Source: Phycisphaerae bacterium (GTDB lineage Bacteria; Planctomycetota; Phycisphaerae; UBA1845). From it: a stretch of 64,000 nucleotides of DNA. The stretch is taken from assembly GCA_020056715.1 (NCBI GenBank), contig JAGVHG010000073.1:4754-68753 (forward strand), read 5' to 3'. Every line of letters begins with the position of its first letter. Position 1 is the stretch's first letter. The translations under genes were made by a program, and so were the position numbers. Below, one piece after another: positions 59,656 through 64,000 of the stretch. Below the pieces are notes generated by a model that ran no database searches, was not told the DNA's origin, and saw only the letters and a program-made list of their open reading frames with translations.

Positions 59656-62654
59656 TTGCCCTGCCCCCTGTGTGAACCGGTCTGATGGGACATCTCAGTG
59701 ATGCCTCCGGCGTGTTCATGCGACGCGGTCAAATCATGCACGTGGATGGGTTGCGATTCGAGGTTGTCATGCGGGTGGCTTAGTCGATAAGCCTGCGTGA
59801 CCTCGGCCTGGGATTCATCGATCTTGTAGCGAAGATACGCCGCCTCCGCCGACGCGGCCAACTCCGTGCGGCCCAGCGCACGAGCACTCAGCATGACGTG
59901 ATAGTGGGCCACACGGTCCTCCGGGTCGATTCGCAGAACCTGATCCATGGCTTCGATTGCTTCCTCAAACTTCCCGTCGAGGTAGTAGGTACGACCGAGG
60001 TTCCGCCACGTCGCGCGGTCGTCCGGGAACCGTTGCAGCACTCGTTTGTAGGCACTAGCGGCCTCGACGTAGCGACCGTCTTCCTGCAACAACACACCCC
60101 AGAACCACGCCGTTTGCGGGTCGTTGGAGACCAGCTCCTCGCATCGCAGAAGCTGCTCATACGCAACGGGCAGATTACCGTCGCTTAACGCCACGCGGGC
60201 CAGGTTCCGCGGCCCATCGATCCGCTTGGGGACGAGCCGCGTCACCTCGGCGAAAGCCGCTTCCGCGCCTTTGGTATCCGACTGCAAAAACAGGCCGATC
60301 CCATAATCGTTGAATCGCATCCAATCGGAAGCCAGCGCGCCCGCGTCAACCTCTCGCGGCGTAGGGGCCGACTCGCCCGGTTCAGCAATCGCCAACGTAA
60401 CCTCCGCCCGGCAAATTTCCGTGATCGGCAGGTCCGGGCACTTATCAAACCGTTTGAACCCTTGGCGATTGGTGTTGAACGCGAACTCGGTATACCCTCG
60501 ATCGAACTTTCGCCACATCAGCCGCGCGCGAACCTTCACGCTTTCGCCCGGAAGTTCCGGGACTTCGACGGCGTAATGCACTGTGTGGGCCGTGCCTGGG
60601 CCGATCACGCTGGTATACACGGCCGCATACATGTCCTGGGCGTTGCGCCGGTGGATCGCCTCACTGTGACGATCGACCACCAACGCACGGAAAAAGTGTG
60701 CCGCGGTATCGACGTATCCGTCCTCGCCGACGGACCCGCTCTGATAGAGCACCCGATCCTTGGCGTCGAGGACGGTGAACTCGATCCAACCTTCGTTCGA
60801 GTCGTTGGTCCCGCCGGGGAAAGTATGGCCCACGTCCTTGTTGCGGACCACGATGTCGAAGGTCACTTTCTCACCGGCCCGCAAGGGAGGCTGAGTCTTG
60901 TCCAAAGCAAGGACCGTCTCGCTCACACCCTCCGTTCGATCGCGCTGCAGCGCGAAAACGTCGATCCTTAGCCTGTTGTCGCGGAGGAAAGCCTCGATCC
61001 GCCGAATCGTATCCTCGTCTCCACGGATGTGCGGCAGCGCGGTGTTGATCGCGATAAAACGGTGCGATCTCACCATCCCGTTCTTGGCGGCGACATCCCC
61101 GAGCGGTGCCGGCTCCGGCGGCATGTGGCAGTCCTGGCATACTCGCTTATTGGGCGGAAGGTAGAACGTCCGCGAGGCATTCAGTGCCACGCCGCTGTCA
61201 TGCCAGTTGTCGTATTCATTTTGTCCACGGAACCAGCGGTAGTCGTTCACCGACTCCGGCAGGCTCACTTTATGGCAGGCGCTGCAGAATTCGCTGGTGC
61301 GGAAGACCGGCTGCAACATCTGCTTCTTATGCGCCTCCGGCTTGGCCTTGATCGCCGTGTCGTGCAACAACGCCCCCAGGCTCCCCGTTTCCGCTTGTGC
61401 AAACACATAGGGGTCTTCGTGCTCGTCGGCGATGTTGTAGGCCCCGTCGCCGGTGACGTTGTGAATTTTGTCAATCGCGTGGCACGCCAAGCAGGTAAGT
61501 CCCGCCTGGGCTTGAGGGGTGCGGCGGTCGATCTCCTCCGTCATCTGACCGGCCAACATCACCGACGGATCGTGACAGCCCGAACACCATTTGCTCTTGA
61601 TTTTCCCCGTCCGATCCTCCCATTGCGGGAAATGGGCGACGTGCTCGCTCACGCCCGTGGTCATCGACAAGGCCTTTTCGCGCATGTCGTTGATTGAGGC
61701 CTCGTAGAAGGGGTTGTTGAAGGAAGCGAAACGGTGGGCCGACTTCGACCATTGCTCGACGATATCCGCATGACACCGCTCGCAGGTTTCCGCGCCGATT
61801 TTCTCGCTCACCACGAACCCAATGTTGTCCAGGTCTGGGGCTAACTTTTCCGGGGATGACACGTCGCCGCGGGTGATGATCCGTTCCGGCAAATAGCCGC
61901 CCGTGGTCGTGGTCGTGGCGCTGGGAAAGAACGGGCTGGCCGGGGGCACGTACCCGACGGGCAGGTAAGGCCCATCAATGAACTCGGCCAGATCCCGCGC
62001 CTTCGAGCCGGGGCCGGTGTCGCTGCCCGTCGCCTGCGCCAGTTGTGCTTCAGGCGTCAAACCCGCGTCACGACTGCCCAACACGTGCATCCCGAAAACC
62101 ACCGCCGCCGCTCCGCCCACCAGTGTACCGAAGCGGACTAACGCGCGTGGTTGCGCGGGCACATAGGAGAACATGCGGTGTACGACGTACGCCGCCGGCA
62201 CAATCGCGGATGCGACGACATGCGTCCACCACACCCACCCGTGTTCGCGCGAGGCTGCGGCATACATGATGAAGGGACCGGTGATCGCCAAAATTAACCC
62301 GGTCGTGAGAAAGAAAAGGCCGCTGACCACCGTCCGCCGTCGATGCCGTCGCCATACCGTGGGCAGGTGCCACAGCGCGAACACCAGCAGCAGACTGACG
62401 ACAAGGAACCCCAATCCGGTGTGAGATAACACCATTACCTGAAAGAGCTTGGAAACGGTGTAGGCGCCCTCGGTGTAACGTTCCGCGGTGACGCCTGGTA
62501 AAACAGAAGAGGCCAGGCGATTCGCCAAGAGGTACAGTGTGTTCGCCAGCAAAAGCGCGGTCAATATGAGCGTGAACGTCAGCCAGCCGCGCTGGACGCC
62601 GGAAAGCAGGCTTTTGGCCTGACGCCGCTCTTCAGTAAGCAGTTCCTTGAGCAT
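59652..62654 (-). CDS. membrane-anchored pentahaem c-type cytochrome with C-terminal TPR repeats
   Basis: About 5 N-terminal TM helices. Five CxxCH motifs: CERCH, CSGCH, CLACH, CSACH, CQDCH. C-terminal TPR-like repeats (..AWFWGVLLQEDGRYVEAASAYKRVLQRFPDD..). The stop overlaps the ASPIC gene start by 4 nt. Confidence 0.85.
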   Translation of the reverse strand: MLKELLTEERRQAKSLLSGVQRGWLTFTLILTALLLANTLYLLANRLASSVLPGVTAERYTEGAYTVSKLFQVMVLSHTGLGFLVVSLLLVFALWHLPTVWRRHRRRTVVSGLFFLTTGLILAITGPFIMYAAASREHGWVWWTHVVASAIVPAAYVVHRMFSYVPAQPRALVRFGTLVGGAAAVVFGMHVLGSRDAGLTPEAQLAQATGSDTGPGSKARDLAEFIDGPYLPVGYVPPASPFFPSATTTTTGGYLPERIITRGDVSSPEKLAPDLDNIGFVVSEKIGAETCERCHADIVEQWSKSAHRFASFNNPFYEASINDMREKALSMTTGVSEHVAHFPQWEDRTGKIKSKWCSGCHDPSVMLAGQMTEEIDRRTPQAQAGLTCLACHAIDKIHNVTGDGAYNIADEHEDPYVFAQAETGSLGALLHDTAIKAKPEAHKKQMLQPVFRTSEFCSACHKVSLPESVNDYRWFRGQNEYDNWHDSGVALNASRTFYLPPNKRVCQDCHMPPEPAPLGDVAAKNGMVRSHRFIAINTALPHIRGDEDTIRRIEAFLRDNRLRIDVFALQRDRTEGVSETVLALDKTQPPLRAGEKVTFDIVVRNKDVGHTFPGGTNDSNEGWIEFTVLDAKDRVLYQSGSVGEDGYVDTAAHFFRALVVDRHSEAIHRRNAQDMYAAVYTSVIGPGTAHTVHYAVEVPELPGESVKVRARLMWRKFDRGYTEFAFNTNRQGFKRFDKCPDLPITEICRAEVTLAIAEPGESAPTPREVDAGALASDWMRFNDYGIGLFLQSDTKGAEAAFAEVTRLVPKRIDGPRNLARVALSDGNLPVAYEQLLRCEELVSNDPQTAWFWGVLLQEDGRYVEAASAYKRVLQRFPDDRATWRNLGRTYYLDGKFEEAIEAMDQVLRIDPEDRVAHYHVMLSARALGRTELAASAEAAYLRYKIDESQAEVTQAYRLSHPHDNLESQPIHVHDLTASHEHAGGITEMSHQTGSHRGQGK

Positions 62655-62946
62655 CGGTCCAATATCCCCCTATCTCGCCGCCCTGGAATGGCGCAACATC
62701 CCCCCAGGCTGCTTACGCAAACACAATATATCCGGCGGTACCTTCCGCCGGAACGTCTAGATCCTTAACTGTGTTACCCGGCCCTTTATTCTACCAGTCT
62801 ACCAGCTAATCGGCGGGTCGGTCAAGACCTGAGAAGCACCAATCGGCAAGGGGGAGTGTTACACGCCCAACCATCCCTACTATATTGGCATAGGAATATA
62901 GGTTAGAGTATTCTTCGAAGATGATCTCCAAAGAGCAGAAAGGGCG

Positions 62947-63516
62947 ATGTTCACAATGAACCGAGGTTTCTCAGTATTTCTATTCGTAGTCATGGGTTCA
63001 CTGATTGGCTGCAGCTTAATCCCCAACAATCCCGGGTCTGCAGAGATACCTAAACCAAGCGATGACGCATTGCCGGATTTTTCTCTGGTCGATGTCAATG
63101 CAAACTCCGCGCGCTACCAGGAGACCGTCTCGCCCCGCGATTATCTGGGACTAATCTCCGCCTGGTACTTCGGCCACTCGACGTGAGGTTACTGCAGAAG
63201 CCAGTTTGGCTTCCTCAACCAAATGCAGACCGAGATCGATTCACAAGAGACCTTGCGTCCGATTCAGATTATGGGGATCAACGGCATAGGGTTGGAGTCC
63301 GACAACGACGCCATGACGGCCGATCGGGTTCGGTCATGGCTCCAGCCGGCAGCCGACGAAGACGTTTGGACGTCGTGGTTGGTCGTGTATCGGGACGTGG
63401 TGATCCTCGGACCCGGTAATGAGCATCTGGGCACCTACAACCTGACGGAGCACGACTTGGCCGATCCGGCGAACTACGCGGCGCTGATGAATCAACTGCT
63501 CGAAGCGGCCCGTTAG
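62947..63516 (+). CDS. thioredoxin-fold (TlpA/redoxin-like) lipoprotein with in-frame TGA at 63184-63186: candidate selenoprotein (U-G-Y-C), otherwise a pseudogene
   Basis: Track ORFs 62947..63186 and 63223..63516 are in the same frame and are separated only by the TGA plus 12 sense codons. Read-through gives ..PDFSLVDVNANS..GLISAWYFGHST-U-GYCRSQFGFLNQMQ.., with the TGA at the first Cys position of CxxC. Lipobox LIGC at the N-terminus. Confidence 0.55.
63197..63213 (+). promoter_or_regulatory. candidate bacterial SECIS hairpin
   Basis: GAAGCCA-GUU-UGGCUUC, a 7-bp stem starting 10 nt after the UGA, with G and U in the apical loop. Confidence 0.4.
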
Positions 63517-63565
63517 CCGAATCCGCCGGTCGGTCCGCCGTAGGTCCGCCGAAGACGGATTCGGC
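63516..63565 (+). terminator. 10-bp stem hairpin overlapping the stop of the thioredoxin-like gene
   Basis: GCCGAATCCG (63516-63525) pairs with CGGATTCGGC (63556-63565). The large 30-nt loop contains GGTCCGCCG twice. Confidence 0.4.
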
Positions 63566-64000
63566 GAGGGTCAGCCAAGACGCGCCTCAGTTGTGGTTCT
63601 CCGGTTTCTGCTCGCTCGCTCCGCGAACGCCTTCCGCCGGAACGCCCGGATCCCTCTGAATTACCGAACCTCTATTCTTCCCCCTCACCGGCGGGTGGAT
63701 CAAGACCGATCATTGGAACGCCGACCGCGCTTTCACGCATTTCTGCCTCCAATGCGGCACCCACGCGGATGGTTCGTGCGTCCTGATCGGCGGCGACGCC
63801 GACTGCCTTTTCCTTCGGGATGGTGCCTCTTCGGAAAAGCGTCGCTGCCGAGGCGTAGGAAGTAAAAGGGTCGATTTAGGCGGCTAACGCGGCCCCGACG
63901 CGTTCCGAACCAAGGTGCTCTACGGTTCTGCGGTGAACTGAGCACGCGGCAAACGGGGCCGCACAGCGACAAGCCAACCCGCGGACCGCGGGACACAGCT

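Overview
High-GC bacterial chromosomal segment; spot counts of 60-nt lines give roughly 57-68% GC. The gene content suggests a planctomycete-like organism, but that is inference only: ECF sigma plus Ser/Thr kinase pairing, an ASPIC/FG-GAP protein next to a multihaem cytochrome/TPR protein, zinc-ribbon membrane proteins and many lipoproteins. About 50 protein genes can be supported. Housekeeping genes: smc, dtd, clpS, psd-pssA-gltX, hemW-like, pyrB, ppdK, ahcY, crcB, cdsA, phoH/7TM-HD/ybeY/CBS-CorC and panD. Signalling genes: two ECF sigma factors, an anti-sigma factor, a Ser/Thr kinase and a FixJ/NarL-type response regulator. A co-directional heavy-metal efflux island of about 12.5 kb spans 18.7-31.2 kb. 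I recognised no rRNA, tRNA, CRISPR array, transposase or integrase. Best hunting results: (1) a low-GC two-gene cassette, HipA-like kinase plus DUF3037-like protein, between ahcY and ppdK, which is a candidate toxin-antitoxin or defence-type module of unknown function; (2) a thioredoxin-fold lipoprotein gene interrupted by one in-frame TGA at the first Cys position of the CxxC motif, with a hairpin 10 nt downstream, which is a candidate selenoprotein with SECIS; (3) an unannotated 31-codon Met-rich micro-ORF with a strong Shine-Dalgarno (SD) site inside the metal island, next to an RND pump carrying a roughly 260-aa insertion and an RND gene relic; (4) several families of intergenic repeats (heptad and octamer tandem arrays, GTGCCACTG-type hairpins, and a hairpin on both sides of smc). 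All calls come from reading the sequence and the supplied ORF track; no database search was possible.
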